Below, piece after piece: positions 26,350 to 39,808 of a stretch of DNA of 64,000 bases; within the stretch, counting starts at the first letter, position 1, and every line of letters starts with the position of its first letter. The DNA comes from Eledone cirrhosa (taxonomy: Eukaryota). Both the position numbers and the translations under genes were made by a program. Under the pieces are notes generated by a model. The model was not told the DNA's origin. It made no database searches and saw only the letters and a program-made list of their open reading frames with translations. The stretch lies in the NCBI GenBank assembly GCA_964016885.1, contig OZ024740.1, positions 400,458,001-400,522,000 on the forward strand. The letters are read 5' to 3'.

Positions 26350-26510
26350 AGCACTATGTGTCAATAATTATCACAAGTGTAGTGTTTGTACCAGAGTTTT
26401 CAAGTCGCTGGCTGGACTAAAAAGTAACACTCGTTCAGCCCATCGGTAGGGGTTCTCCTACATGGATATAAATTAGTGGTCGTGCTCGAAAACGAGTTGG
26501 CAGCCACCAT
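26350..26510 (+). mobile_element. RTE/BovB-like LINE 3' end fragment
   Basis: CSVCTRVFKSLAGLKSNTR resembles the terminal C2H2-like motif of RTE ORF2. Confidence 0.45.
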
Positions 26511-26519
26511 ATATGTATG

Positions 26520-26765
26520 TAGGTTCTTCTGGTTTTATAATTTCACAATATTTTGCCAATAGAGAGAGTGAGTCGGTTTCTAACATAGATACAAGACTGT
26601 CTCATTGGAATTTACACAACATCATCTAGGTAGATATGTATATATGTCTGCATGCATGTGTGTGCAGGTATGGATGTTATCGTATGTGTGGATGTGAATG
26701 TTTTGAGTTATATGTGTGCATGTGCATATGCTTTGTATCTGTATAAGTGTATATGCAGTTATTAG
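26520..26765 (+). repeat. Unclassified dispersed repeat, second copy at 41763-42012
   Basis: gttcttctggttttataatttcacaa...cattggaatttacacaacatc...aggtagatatgtat is shared by both loci. Confidence 0.85.
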
Positions 26766-26829
26766 ATGCCGAATTTTTGTATGTATGTGTGTATGTATGC
26801 ATGTTTGTATAAGTATGTATATATTGTCA

Positions 26830-27470
26830 GGTCGCTCTTCAGTGCTACTGGTAACATGTAACCTAGTACAATCTATGCATGGTCGGGTCGTTGGCAACTG
26901 AACCAGCAACCCCACCAAACTTGCTTGGTGAGGAGTGTGATTTGGACACCTTGCAGGATGAAAAACAAAAAAAAGTCAACGGTCGGAAAAAATCAAGAGA
27001 GCCAACGGCCATCCAATAATTTTAGGCGAGGGGCAATGGAGTGAGAGAGCCCTTGTCTTCATTAAGACATCTCTGTAGGGGGAGGTCAGTCTGATATTTA
27101 TATATGAAGGCTGCAACTGGATTTCGAGTAATATTTCGCTTGATACAGCATGAGCAGTACGGACATGGCTTTTTAGTCCTGCCAGGGACTTGTCTACGGC
27201 CAGCAATGCCATGCATAGCAAATAATCAAAAGTTGTTTCATATCAAGCGATGTGCCTGTGCTTCAGTCCTTTGTAAGTGAGGAAAGGTTTTGCACGGAGT
27301 CAATCCCACTCTCTAAACATCTAATGCATTTACCCAAAAAGTAGAACTGTTCTACATCAAGGGATGCAAACGAAGTGGCAGGTTTTATATCAGAGTAGCC
27401 TTCTCCAAGAGAAATGTCTTTATTATGACAAGGGGTCTCTCACTCCATTCCCCACCCTAAAAAATACATT
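26830..27470 (-). mobile_element. Decayed RTE/BovB-like LINE 3' portion
   Basis: Minus-strand KSLAGLKSHVRT zinc-finger-like motif, similar to 26350-26510. Confidence 0.45.
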
Positions 27471-27501
27471 ATAATATATCTATCTATCTATACATATATA
27501 A

Positions 27502-27549
<48 letters not shown>

Positions 27550-27849
27550 GGGGTATGAGTGTGTATGAATATTTTCTAAACTTAGGATGCTTCAAGTCAT
27601 TAATTCTTGGATATGCCCAGTTAAGTTTACGGAGAAATGCAATAGGGCTTGCATGGTCTGTGTTAACGAGTCTCCGAGGGTTACAAACAGCATTAAGTGT
27701 ATCTTGGGGGTTGAAATTGTAATGCAAACCAATCTAAAACCTACTTATTACGAGATGGTGTTAGAAGTAAATTCCGCCTGTAATTTCACTCATTACGGAA
27801 ATATATATTTTATTGTAATCTAAACCTTCTTCTTCTTCTTCTTCTTCTT

Positions 27850-27880
<31 letters not shown>

Positions 27881-27882
27881 TA

Positions 27883-28087
27883 GGGCGGTGACTTGGCAGA
27901 ATCGTTAGAGGGTCTGACGCCATGATTTTGAAGCGTGGAGTTGCGGCCCTTTCCATTCTGAGTTCAAATCCCGCCGAGGTTAACTTTGCCTTTCATCCTT
28001 ACGGGGTCGATAAAATAAAGTACCAGTAATACACTGGGATAATTGCTGGCCTTGTGCCAAAAGTAGAAACAATTATTATTATTATTA

Positions 28088-28120
<33 letters not shown>
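27883..28120 (+). mobile_element. Main SINE with expanded (ATT)n tail, preceded by (TTC)n
   Basis: Complete head, central domain and tail. Confidence 0.9.
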
Positions 28121-28121
<1 letters not shown>

Positions 28122-28802
28122 CATCATCCTTATTATGATGATGATTATCATCCCCCTCATCATCATTATCCTTAAAATCACTATCCTTATCTCCATCATC
28201 ATCATAGATGGAACTATTTTTTTATACTGCTTATACGATATTGCTAATAGTTGCTTCAATGGTGGAGCAAATAATATTGTCAATCTACCGTAACATTTCG
28301 TGGTAAAGCGTCCTGAAAATTGTTAATAATATGAAAGAATACAATAAAAAAACTAAATTAGAAAAATGAAAAAAAAAAATCAGTTGTAGATTAGTATATT
28401 TTCTCTTATTGAAATATAAGATAAATGTATATAAATATTAATTCTATGTGTAGAAAATATGATTTAGAATAATTCTTGACAAAATATATTTTGTTACAAA
28501 TGTGTTTTTGTTTATATATTAGAATATATATTTGTTTGTTGGTTGAATTTAAATTTATATTTATTTTTGTCTTGTCATTAAGGAAGGAAACTTAGGTATC
28601 TATTTTCATTTATTGCTAACCGCTTGCTTAACTTTTGCCTTTTCGTCCGCAATGGGAATATCAGACTCAGCGACGTTTAAGATATTCCCCTCTCGTCCCC
28701 CACACAGACACACATACACACACACGCACACGTACGCACACATACACACACACACACACACACACAAACATATATATATATATGTACAAATATATATACA
28801 TA

Positions 28803-28872
<70 letters not shown>

Positions 28873-28972
28873 TATGTATATATATTTGTATATATATATA
28901 TATAATTATGAATACATAGCCTCATATTTATAATGTATATATATATATATATATATATATGTTTGGATATAA

Positions 28973-29010
<38 letters not shown>

Positions 29011-29015
<5 letters not shown>

Positions 29016-29273
29016 AGAAAATACGACCCCGACGGCAGAGGTCAAGCCGTTTCGACGGCTATTTATGGACTAAAGTAAGAGTTTTTTTAGTTTGGTAAAT
29101 AAATATCTACCAGACTAAAAAAAACTCTTACTTTAGTCCAGAAATAGCCGTCGAGACGGCTTGAGCTCTGCCGTCGGGGTCATACTTTCTCCTATTACCC
29201 ACTCTACTACCATAAGTATTGAGTACTCTGGTGCGTTATAGTCCATCTGGTTCCTTACCGCAACTTCTCCGTT
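29011..29273. mobile_element. (TA)n-flanked fold-back element, short copy of the 33883-35081 family
   Basis: Arms 29011-29100 and 29105-29195; ~78-nt tail 29196-29273; contains the 3' half of the hammerhead motif. Confidence 0.88.
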
Positions 29274-29283
29274 ATATATATAT

Positions 29284-29326
<43 letters not shown>

Positions 29327-29356
29327 TACATACATAAATATAAATATATATATATA

Positions 29357-29417
<61 letters not shown>

Positions 29418-29763
29418 TTATAGCTAAACATATATATACATATACATTATAAATATGAGGCTATGTATTCATAATTATATATATACGCAAACACATATGT
29501 ATTTGTACGTATATAAATGTAGTTGTAGGTATTATGTATATATATATGGATATGTTTAGATATACATATATATATATGGGGGGGGGTTCAAGTGTGGATT
29601 TACCAAGATTCATTTCAATACAAAGTTGGTTGATTAAGACTCATGGTCATGGAAGATAGGATATGAAATTGATAGATTCTACATGAAATATATAATTATT
29701 TACGATATGTTTTTATACGTCTTTGCATGTATATATATATATATACATATATATACATATATA

Positions 29764-29835
<72 letters not shown>

Positions 29836-29837
<2 letters not shown>

Positions 29838-30900
29838 CGTATGTGTTGAACATATTATTTCTTTCGGATTTAAGCTATTTTTAGAATTGAAGCCTGTCAC
29901 TAACAAAACGACAAGACATCTTCTTTTAGTGAAGTGAGTTTCGTGGATGTGTTAATAGTGAGTTAACTCTTCAGTATATGGAGGTGCTTTTTGAATCGAC
30001 ATTGGATTCGAATATGAGACGGTGTTGCTTGTTCTTTTTATCTAAAAATAAAACACTATTTCTATGCGTTTATGCACCATACACCTACGTGGGGGCATGT
30101 GGCTGATCGATTAGAGAACTGGATTCACAATCGTGAGGTTGTCAGTTCGCCCTGGGGCGGGCTATGCGTTATGTCTTTGAGCAAGACACTTTATTTCACG
30201 TTGTTCCTTCTACCTAGAGTTTCGACCGATAGATAATATGAGAAAGACCAACGGAAACATTGTTTCCTCGGTCCGAATTGACGAAAGTCGATCGACACCT
30301 ACGTTAGTAAGTGGTCGAAATGAGAATCTATAACTCGAGTACAAAAACTGTGAGTTCTGCATTAGTTCTACATAGAGGTTTCCCTTTGTCTTAAACTGAT
30401 ATGTTCACATCCGCTGAGCAGCTGGCTTATAGAACAGGGATTGGCCTTTGTTCTGTCTCATACAACAATATTGGATCTGATTGTATAACATTGGATTACT
30501 GTTTTTATTACAATGAATCCCCAGTAATATTCATTTTCAAAATTGTTGGTAAAATTTGTGTCCGGGATACTTTGGTCAGATCATCAAGGCATTCCATGTT
30601 CCGGGTGGTAATGTAAATACATTTTGCAACTATCAGGAAATGTTTGTGGTGCTCGTACTGATGAGGTGATGGCATACTGGTATGATACAAATAATATTTT
30701 CTGTTAAAACGTGGTAGTTTGGAGGCACAATTATGTCCCATATTAATCATGTATTTGGAAAATATCTGATATGCATGAATAACGAAAACATCGTTTTAGG
30801 TCTACGAATAACTAGTCTTCCTTTTAATGATGTTGAAAGCAGCTAATTTGCGCAACATCCTCACATGCATTATTTCTGAAGATATGCTAAGTGCTTTTCT
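29836..30900 (-). pseudogene. Decayed PLE remnant interrupted by a CORE SINE
   Basis: KYYLYHTSMPSPHQYEHHKHFL...KCIYI resembles the PLE YL.F.SCHP.HTK..IP..LARRI motif; minus-strand CTGAAGAG...CGAAAC near 29936-29974 precedes a TA tract. Confidence 0.4.
30090..30282 (+). mobile_element. tRNA-derived CORE-type SINE
   Basis: tRNA-like head; ctttgagcaagacactttatttcacgttg; tail shared with 5856-6022. Confidence 0.7.
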
Positions 30901-31548
30901 GTGAAGTTACTTTTTAATTAACTTTAGGTTGCATGGAATAACTTTACAGTTCGAATCCCTATTCTTTACCTGCTCAATAGATGTTGTTTTCACAGCTGAG
31001 TACGTGTCTGGTGTACTTGTCTCCATTTTTGCTCTTAAGAAAATGTTGCCTGAGAGATACTCTGCAGTAGTGTGCATCCAACTAACCTATGATCAATGAG
31101 AGATAGACATGGACAGTTAGACAGACAAACAAAGATACAGCCATATAGACAGACAGAACAGACAGACAGGAAGATAGACAGACATATATCGAGTTTGTCT
31201 CCTGACAAGTTCGAAGCTCGAGATTTATCCTTAATAGGATATCTCAAAATGCGAACGACCCCCAAGGGTAGGGACTTTATCCTGGTATGTATATAAGCAT
31301 TTCTAACTTTAATTTTATACCTAATTGTGTATGGTTGACCGTATTTAATTGAATTCCAGGTGCTGTTGAAATGTTATAGCGGTTGGCCGCGAAGACACTG
31401 CTATCGTTTATTTATTTACTGTTTCTTCATAGGTGCCTTTTAATCTTATAGCCTGGTCTAATTGATTATTTTGTGTGGTTAATTACGCTCATTGGGAGAA
31501 GAAATGATGTATATATATTATCAAATGATTCTATGTACATACTTTATA

Positions 31549-31596
<48 letters not shown>

Positions 31597-31671
31597 ATAT
31601 ATATTAACTCACAGTTGGGTGCGGATGCATTCATGTATATATGTGTGTGTCCGCATGTATCTGTGTGTTTC

Positions 31672-31706
<35 letters not shown>

Positions 31707-31710
31707 AGAG

Positions 31711-31743
<33 letters not shown>

Positions 31744-31747
31744 TATA

Positions 31748-31953
31748 TATTTCTTTATTAGCCACAAGGGCACAAAAGAGGAGGACAAATACAATTGGGG
31801 AGTTTACATACAGGTATATGAAAATAAAACTATTAATACAATAACAAATAACAATTGAAATCCCCAATAGGGGGGAGGTATTACACAGGGGTTGTACACA
31901 CAAAAATGTACAACCCTCATCTCCAGGAGTACCAAGAATGCGTACTCCCTTCC
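31748..31953 (-). mobile_element. 3' UTR end of a Tx1-like LINE inserted in an (ATAG)n/(AT)n tract
   Basis: Reverse complement ends cccttgtggctaataaagaaat and contains cctcccccctattggggatttcaattgtt, matching 59430-59586. Confidence 0.8.
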
Positions 31954-31971
31954 TAGATAGATAGAGCGACA

Positions 31972-32023
<52 letters not shown>

Positions 32024-32059
32024 AAGAGAGATAGATAGATAGATAGATAGATAGATAGG

Positions 32060-32115
<56 letters not shown>

Positions 32116-32124
32116 GCGACATAC

Positions 32125-32169
<45 letters not shown>

Positions 32170-33882
32170 GAGAGAGAGAGGAAAATGGGGTTTCTCTGAA
32201 ATTGAAACCACAAACTGTAAGACACGTAAAATCATTTTATTAAAATGCTTGAAATTAAGTCATCAATTCATAAATAGTAGATGAGCATATCGTAAGGCTG
32301 CTCAATTATATCAGGCGTGGCAGAAGAGGCATATTATCAACGTCTTACCATCCGTGGCCATCTCATTTTTGTTTGTGTAATTTCAAGTACTACATTGCAC
32401 ATCTGTCTTTTCTTTTACAGATACTAGTGTGATATGAAAGGAAATTGCCAGGCATTTCCCTCAGGTCAAGCAAACACATAGAGACGCTTGCATTGGCACC
32501 TATCTTATAGAGTTAATATACTAGGAGTAAATGATTAATTGATCTGACTACTGTCTTCTGATTCATGTGCTGAATCTCATAGCAATTGTTTAGTTATATT
32601 TCTGATATTTTACCACAGATGACCTAACAGACAGACACTGGAAATTTACTTGCTATAGCCCGGCGGCCTTTCCTGTGAGAGATGTTTTGTAATCTCCCAT
32701 TTGCTTACCGCCATGAAAGCCTGAATGACGCCATGTCCCTAGGGCTCCTGTGGTAAGATTAACAAAGTAATTTCGGAAGCTAGTTGAGTAACTTAACACC
32801 TAAATTTCTAAATAATTAACGCTATCTCACTCACTCTTTCACTCACATAGACTCTCACTCACTCTCGCTTTATAATATTCTACTTGTCTTAGCTTCATTG
32901 TTTTCTCTCCATTCTTTTTTGCATCCCTCTTCTTACACCTAATTCACCCCCCCCCCACACACACATGACAATGAATACAGTATTCTAAAATCCAGGGTTA
33001 ATTAAGACATACGGTATTTATCATGAAAATCTAGTGTGTGTGTGCGCGCAGACACAAGCACCCTCACACACACACTTACACACATACTCTCTCTCACCCC
33101 CCCCCCCACACACACTCCCACACACACTAGCACGTGTGTAAACTAATTAATACTACTAGTAATAATGGTTACCTTAATGAGAAAGAAAGTGTAACACGTA
33201 AGTAAGGTATATATTTATAGAGAGAATTGAATGGGAAATTTTCCACAATGACTTACAAATCCTCTCATGGTCTTCAATTCAAATGGAATCAGTCAACTGA
33301 CTCAACATGAAGTTTCAAATGAGATTTGCTATGGCATACTTTTCTTAAATCTGTCTCTGTCTCGTTGCTACATATGTAGACGTCTTAGAATGCCTGAGAA
33401 ATAAGCCCAAACAAATAAACACAAATGAAATATGGTCATTCGCTTACAATCATACTTGTTACATCAGATTTCTGTCTTTATAAACATTATAAATATTCCT
33501 ACTGCTCTTCAGAAAATGGTCACATTCTAGGTCCATCCAGGATGGCCAACTCACTCGTCAAATCTCTTCTCGCTATGCAAATTGTGCCTATCACTAATCT
33601 ATGTGTAACATCCACACCAAGTCCTATCCAACACATCAACACTGGAATTCTCTAAGTGCCTCTGTTATAGAAAAGACTAATAAAAAACCTCAAAAGAAAA
33701 CACAGACCCACAAACTCACAAGAACGCGCACATATATCCACGCACAGGTACGCACTCACAGTGATACAAACGCACGCATATCAAACGTACCTTTCACATT
33801 TTGTCTACTCTCCTTCACTCTCTCTCTCTCTATATATATATGTGTGTGCGTATGTGAGTGTGTGTTTATATATATATATATA

Positions 33883-35078
33883 TAACGAAGGGAACGTGGT
33901 AAGAGACCAGATGTACCATAACGCACCAAAGTACTCAATACTTAGTGTAGTAGAGTGGGTAATAGGAATGAGTAGGACCCCGACGGCTGAGCTCAAGCCG
34001 TTTCGACGGCTAATTCTGGAGTAAATGAACATTTTTATCCTGGTAAATGAATAGACGAGCTTCTCAGTGGGTAATTCCATATATGGTAAAAGTGATTGTC
34101 ACAAGGATTGGTCAAAAGTTTGTTGTTGAGACACATAATTCTATCATGGCATTTTGTGGACGGAAGGGGTAGCTGAACTTGCCAGTAGAAGAAAGAGGGA
34201 GAGGGAGTGGAGGAAACCCAGTCGTGCGTTGAAAGTGACATCTACAGCAGAATCCTAAGGATAAGAGGTCAAGAGAAGTATACTAGAGAGGGGGAGGGGG
34301 GAGGAAGTCGAAACAATAAGTAAATCTATATGGAGTAAATATATAGAAAAAATAAGAATGTTAAAAATATAAAAAAACACAATTTCTGGTTACTATTCCC
34401 CTACCACAATCATCATTCTGAATTGAAATTTCGTATTAGTTTCGGGACTCTGAATTATTATTTCGTATTAGTTTTTTTTAGTATTTTGGCCTCCTACTTG
34501 TTGACCTATCATTGTAAGATAGATTTGATCGATTACTACTAACTCATAAAATTCTTTCACTAGAATCTCGTATTTAGTATTCCGTCCCACCTATTAAACT
34601 TTTCTATAGTTTAGCAGTACCGGTGAGAGATTTGATGATTGTGGTAGGGGAATAGTAACCAGAAATTGTGTTTTTTTATATATTTAACATTCTTATTTTT
34701 CTATATATTTACTCCATATAGATTTACTTATTGTTTCGACTTCCTCCTCCCTCCCCCTCTCTAGTATACTTCTCTTGACCTCTTATCCTTAGGATTCTGC
34801 TGTAGTTGTCACTTTCAACGCACGACTGGGTTTCCTCCACTTCCTCACCCTCTTTCTTCTACCGGCAAGTTCAGCTAACCCTTCCTTCCACAAAATGCCA
34901 TGATAGAATTATGTGTCTCAACAACAAACTTTTGACCAATCCTTGTGACAATCACTTTTACCATATATGGAATTACCCCCTGAGAAGCTCGGCTATTCAT
35001 TTACCAGGATAAAAATGTTCATTTACTCCAGAATTAGCCGTCGAAACGGCTTGAGCTCAGCCGTCGGGGTCCTACTCA

Positions 35079-35081
<3 letters not shown>
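33883..35081. mobile_element. Large (TA)n-flanked fold-back element: ~450-bp inverted arms, ~217-bp spacer, ~83-nt one-sided tail
   Basis: 33966-34415 is the reverse complement of 34633-35081 with few mismatches. Confidence 0.92.
34975..35070 (+). ncRNA. Type I hammerhead-like motif with variant core (mirror copy on minus strand at about 33977-34072)
   Basis: Stem I acccc/ggggt; core CTGAGAAG (not canonical CTGANGA); stem II cggcta/tagccg; GAAA; stem III acggct/agccgt with loop TGAGCTC; GTC triplet. Confidence 0.6.
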
Positions 35082-35137
<56 letters not shown>

Positions 35138-35142
35138 TATAT

Positions 35143-35345
35143 ATGATGATGCTGCAGATGTGCAGCGAAGGAATTTTGTTAGACTATATTTATATATAAA
35201 TACACACACGCAAACGCATGCGCGGAGACAAAAATAAATAAATAAAATAGCAATGACGTAACCATTACAATACAATAGGAGGAAACATGATAATAGTACC
35301 ACTGATGATGTTGCTGATGTGCGACGAAAGAAGTTTGTTAGACGA
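35143..35345 (+). repeat. Two direct copies of a minimal hammerhead-like motif
   Basis: ATGATGA-t-gctgc-agatgt-gcagc-GAAG...tttgttagac and CTGATGA-t-gttgc-tgatgt-gcgac-GAAA...tttgttagac. Confidence 0.55.
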
Positions 35346-35407
35346 TATATATATATATATCTGTATTTTTAACCGTTGGTTAGTCAATGATAAACATCGA
35401 TTGCTAA

Positions 35408-35519
35408 ATAAATTAACTATGGAGATATAAAAGATACAGAAGCGAAAACCAACCAAACAGTGAACGTGTTCTGTTATTATTTCTGGCTATATTATTACAA
35501 CAATATGACCCTCCCCAAG
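35408..35519 (+). repeat. Unclassified TA-associated dispersed repeat, second copy at 41551-41656
   Basis: taaattaac...acagaagcgaaaaccaaccaaacagtga...gtgttctgttatta...atatgaccc...cccaag is shared. Confidence 0.85.
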
Positions 35520-35547
35520 AATAACAATATGTATATATATATAAATG

Positions 35548-35618
35548 TTCATTCTGACGACCGAAGCCAGACGTCTGTTTCAGGTTCGTCTGTCTTCGTG
35601 AAACGTTTGGTAAATGAA
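35548..35618 (+). ncRNA. Type I hammerhead ribozyme, canonical core
   Basis: Stem I ttcatt/aatgaa; CTGACGA 35554-35560; long stem II cgaag.cagacg/cgtctg.cttcg; GAAAC 35600-35604; GTA triplet 35610-35612; lies between TA tracts. Confidence 0.75.
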
Positions 35619-35647
35619 ATAATTATCTTATGTTGTTTATTACATAA

Positions 35648-35795
<148 letters not shown>

Positions 35796-38217
35796 GTGTG
35801 TGTGTGTGTGTGTGCATGCGCGCGTATGTATGTATGTGTGTGTTTAGATGATGTGAACATATTCCGAATTGTAAACATCAGATAATTTCATGAGCTGAAA
35901 TATTACGAAAATAAAGTGTTGGATTCACCCATTTTGAAAATGCCAGTCATGGTCCACATTCTCTAGCGACCAGTATTGGACATTATACTAATATTTAGAA
36001 TATTGCTCAGTGATGTAATTTCTGTCGTCTGTCATTTAGGTACGGCCCCATCGGGGTCACCTTTGTTTTTTATTCTTCCGAGATCGATAAAACATAGTAC
36101 GATTCAAGTACTGAAGTTGATATAATCGACTTTCTGTTCCCAAAAATTGCTGACTTGCACCAAAATTTAACATCTTTGATGCCATTTTTCACTTATTGAC
36201 AATTTAACCTAGCACAATTATTGTTGTCAAGAAACTTCCAGAATTTCAAGCCACATTCTAGACTTAGATTATATATGACTATTTTATAAGATTCACTCAT
36301 CTAGCTGAGCAAAGAAAGAAAAGGTTGAATCTGCAGAAATTATAAATGAGAGAGCGTCAACCTACAGTTATGACTGAGTATGGTATAATTCGAAGATTAC
36401 GAGATAGTGCAATCATAGATTATATATTTGCTCAGGGATGTTGATTTTCTTCATTCACTCATTGCTATAAATAATAACTAAGAAAATCGGGCAAAATAGG
36501 CTTCTAGATGAAAAAAAAAACAAAGATGACCTGCAACTACGGAGAATGGAATTTTGGCAGACTGCCTCTAACTATATTTCTAGAGATTCGCCAGGAGAAA
36601 GAAGAGTCCAATTCTTATTTGGCACAATCTCTGAAACTTTTCTAGGAGATGTTGGAGATAAACCTCGATTCAAGTTTTGTTGCCGTATCATGATAGCGTG
36701 GTATATTCTTATAGAAGGCTCGGTCTTATTACCTGCATGACATTGCACTCTGATGAAGACACTGAAATGGCAAGTGATTCTGTTAAACTGGACAACGGAG
36801 TCTACCACACACAATTATGTCTTCTCGATGGACTACGATTTACGTTTTTTTCTATTCTTCTTCGGATGAATAGAGAATAAGATAGAAGAGGTTGTACTTT
36901 GGTTATGTATCTGGCACGAACACGACAACGCGTGAAAATAAAGCAATCGCCTTAACTACATGGCTATGCTTGCAACATATAATAATATACATATATGTTC
37001 ACATATGTTTATTCATGCATACATAAAAATCATATAGGACCACCATAGTAAGAAATAATTGATCTTACCCCAGGAGGTGAAAAGAACACCTAATCTAATT
37101 TGAATGTTTTGTCAGCATGTTAAACATAACCAAGCTGCATAATTACCAAAGCTGTACGTCATAATCATTTTAACGATACGTGCATGGTAATGTCTCTGTA
37201 TGTTTGTGTGTGTGTGCAAGTGTTTGCGTATGTACGTGATATTTTCACTTAACAGATGTCCATCGCTGTGTTTACACGACCACTTGCTAATTGGTAATGG
37301 CTTAAATACATATTGCTACGTTCAGGTACTTACGTATATTTATGGTAATTAACAGAGGAAAGTTTCAAATCAGGAAACAATATATTTTTTCCTTCTGCTT
37401 CGTGATATTCTATTTTCAGATTTGTTTTTAATTTGTAGTAACCTTAAGAACCTACGGATGTAATTTACTAAAGCATTAGTCGACGGGTGTTCTCTGTGTA
37501 ATGTGTATTATATGTAGATAATCATGGCTTGGTAAACTGTAATTAATCGACTGAAACAACTGGAATTAGACAAAGCGAAAATATTATAGTTCCATTTATA
37601 AACATTAGATGGCTTCATGAGCTAAATATACTATTTATTATGTTTCATTGTCATGATTAATTTTCCGTGTCAATAAAACAATCATACTCTCTAGGTAGAT
37701 ATTTTAGAAAGAGCTTTTTTCAAAGACATTTATGTCTGGGCATATAGTTGCGTGCGTGTAAGGTGATACTGTCATTTGCATGTCAATCTATAGTTAAGTG
37801 TGAAATCTATGCGTTTTTATCTGCTTGAGTGTTTATGCACGCATGAATATTGGCGCGGGTGTGTTTGACTGAGACAGTGTGCCTGTGTGTGTCTCTTGAA
37901 TACATAAATTTCTGTATAAGCATTTTATAATTTCTGTATATTAGAAAACAAGGCATCGGGATCATGTGCTACATATTGCTTGTGAATCCTAGTTACGTTT
38001 CATATATCTAACAAAGGAGTATACGTATAAGTAATTTATCTATAATCTCATACGCGTAGGTGACTCATTTAAAATATTTCACTGAGATGCTGTCCCGAAC
38101 AAAACATAAGATCAGACATTTTTTGGTATAGTTCTCCGCACTTTTCACCTTTCGGGTAACTATAATTTTACAACCAGTAATAACTATAGCTGTTTTATTG
38201 CCATCCCAAATCCACAT

Positions 38218-38387
38218 TAGAGGGTCGGACGCCATGCTTTCCAGCATAGTTACGTCCCTTTACGATCTGAGTTCAAATCCCGTCGAGGTTGACTTTGCTT
38301 TTCATCCTTACAGGGTCGATAAAAATAAAGTACCAGTAATGCACTGGGTAATTGCTGGCCTTGTGCCTAAAGTAGAAACAATTATTT
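38218..38387 (+). mobile_element. Main SINE, slightly 5'-truncated
   Basis: Homology to the family. Confidence 0.9.
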
Positions 38388-39808
38388 CTAATTAGATTAT
38401 TAAAACAACATATTAAACTTTTAAACACTAATATAACCTTTGAGATAGCTTCTTATTTTATCTAGAGGTTGTTCAGTTGTTTACACCCATATCAAGCGAA
38501 TTGGGAAGATTTATGATCAAGCAAAAGCATCGGATCTTGACCATTCCATCTTTTAGTATATATTAGTATATATGAGAATGCATTGTTTAATATATCCTTA
38601 CTGTTTAGGACAGAAGGGTAAGATATGTGGGAAGTTAACTGACATTTCTATTGGGACAAACGAGTTCTTAGAAGCTCAGGCACTTGTTAAATGAGCTTAA
38701 GATTATATTAATGGATGAAGTTGTGCTTTTATGAGAAACAATTTTGTACTTTGAAGCAATAAATATTATCTTTAGCGTGTTTATAAAAACATTGCTGATT
38801 ATATGTCAAGATGAAGTAAGATAAAATAAATTGTTTTATTGGAGATATTTGACTACCATTCATTTCATTGCAAAATATTAGAGCGAAGCATTAGTCTTGG
38901 ATATCTCCAGCTTTGCTACAGTTACTAATTAATTAGTATATATTTTCTCTACTCCGACATGCACTAATGTAGGCTCTTAATGAATCATTTTTGATCGTGA
39001 CATATATTTTAACCATCACAATTGAGAGTTACAATAAATCTATTGTAACATGTGTATTCTATAAGACGAGGGATTGTAGTTTTGAGATGGGTTGGATGAA
39101 CATGTATTCAGTTGCATCTAAAACCTAATAAACAAAACAAATAAGATGGGACACAACGTATTTTCTAGCCAAATAAGATTCAGAAGGATTAGCAATCGGA
39201 AGAATTTAAACCGTCGTTGGAACAAGGTCAAACAAGAATATGATAGCAGTTTGATATTGAAATACTTCAATAATAATTACATTGAGATGCAAAGGAAATT
39301 TTTAAGTAGATTCGAGTCTATTTCTTTGTAGCGAGGGGACAGGTAATTGTTAAGATACAGTAAAATCTTTGGAGCATTGGAAGGTGAGTGTTTAATAATA
39401 TTTAAAATGTAATAATATTTTATAATATTTATCAATTTTGTTTTAGTTTAAATTTTAACTGTATTTATTCATTATGGGTGTTAAAAATCCTTCATATATT
39501 TTTAGTTTCTAAAGATATATGCTAGTTATTTCCTTCGGGCAACTGTGTGCCTTACGTGATACAAAGGGAGGAAGGTGTTTGATTTGATTGCATACTTCCT
39601 GAAAAGTGTATGAAAGGTGGGGCGACGTCGGTTACTTCCGTTTGGCGAGGGCATGTAGTCATTTCCTAATTGTAACTAAAACAACGAGCACGTGAAAGTC
39701 GGTTTTAGTTGAATAGGTAGCATGTGGTGGCGAGGGCTAATTATATATTTAATCGTTTAGGCTATTTCATTGTTTCTATGGTTAAGTAAGCTGTTTTTAT
39801 AATACGCT

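Noticed and set aside
34035-35012. Twin 68-aa ORFs (MSLSTHDWV...) on opposite strands
   Set aside because: A by-product of the inverted arms; non-ATG starts and no recognisable domain.
36500-36830. Possible GIY-YIG remnant followed by CTGATGA at 36750
   Set aside because: No matching GAAA or stems, and the protein similarity is too weak to support.
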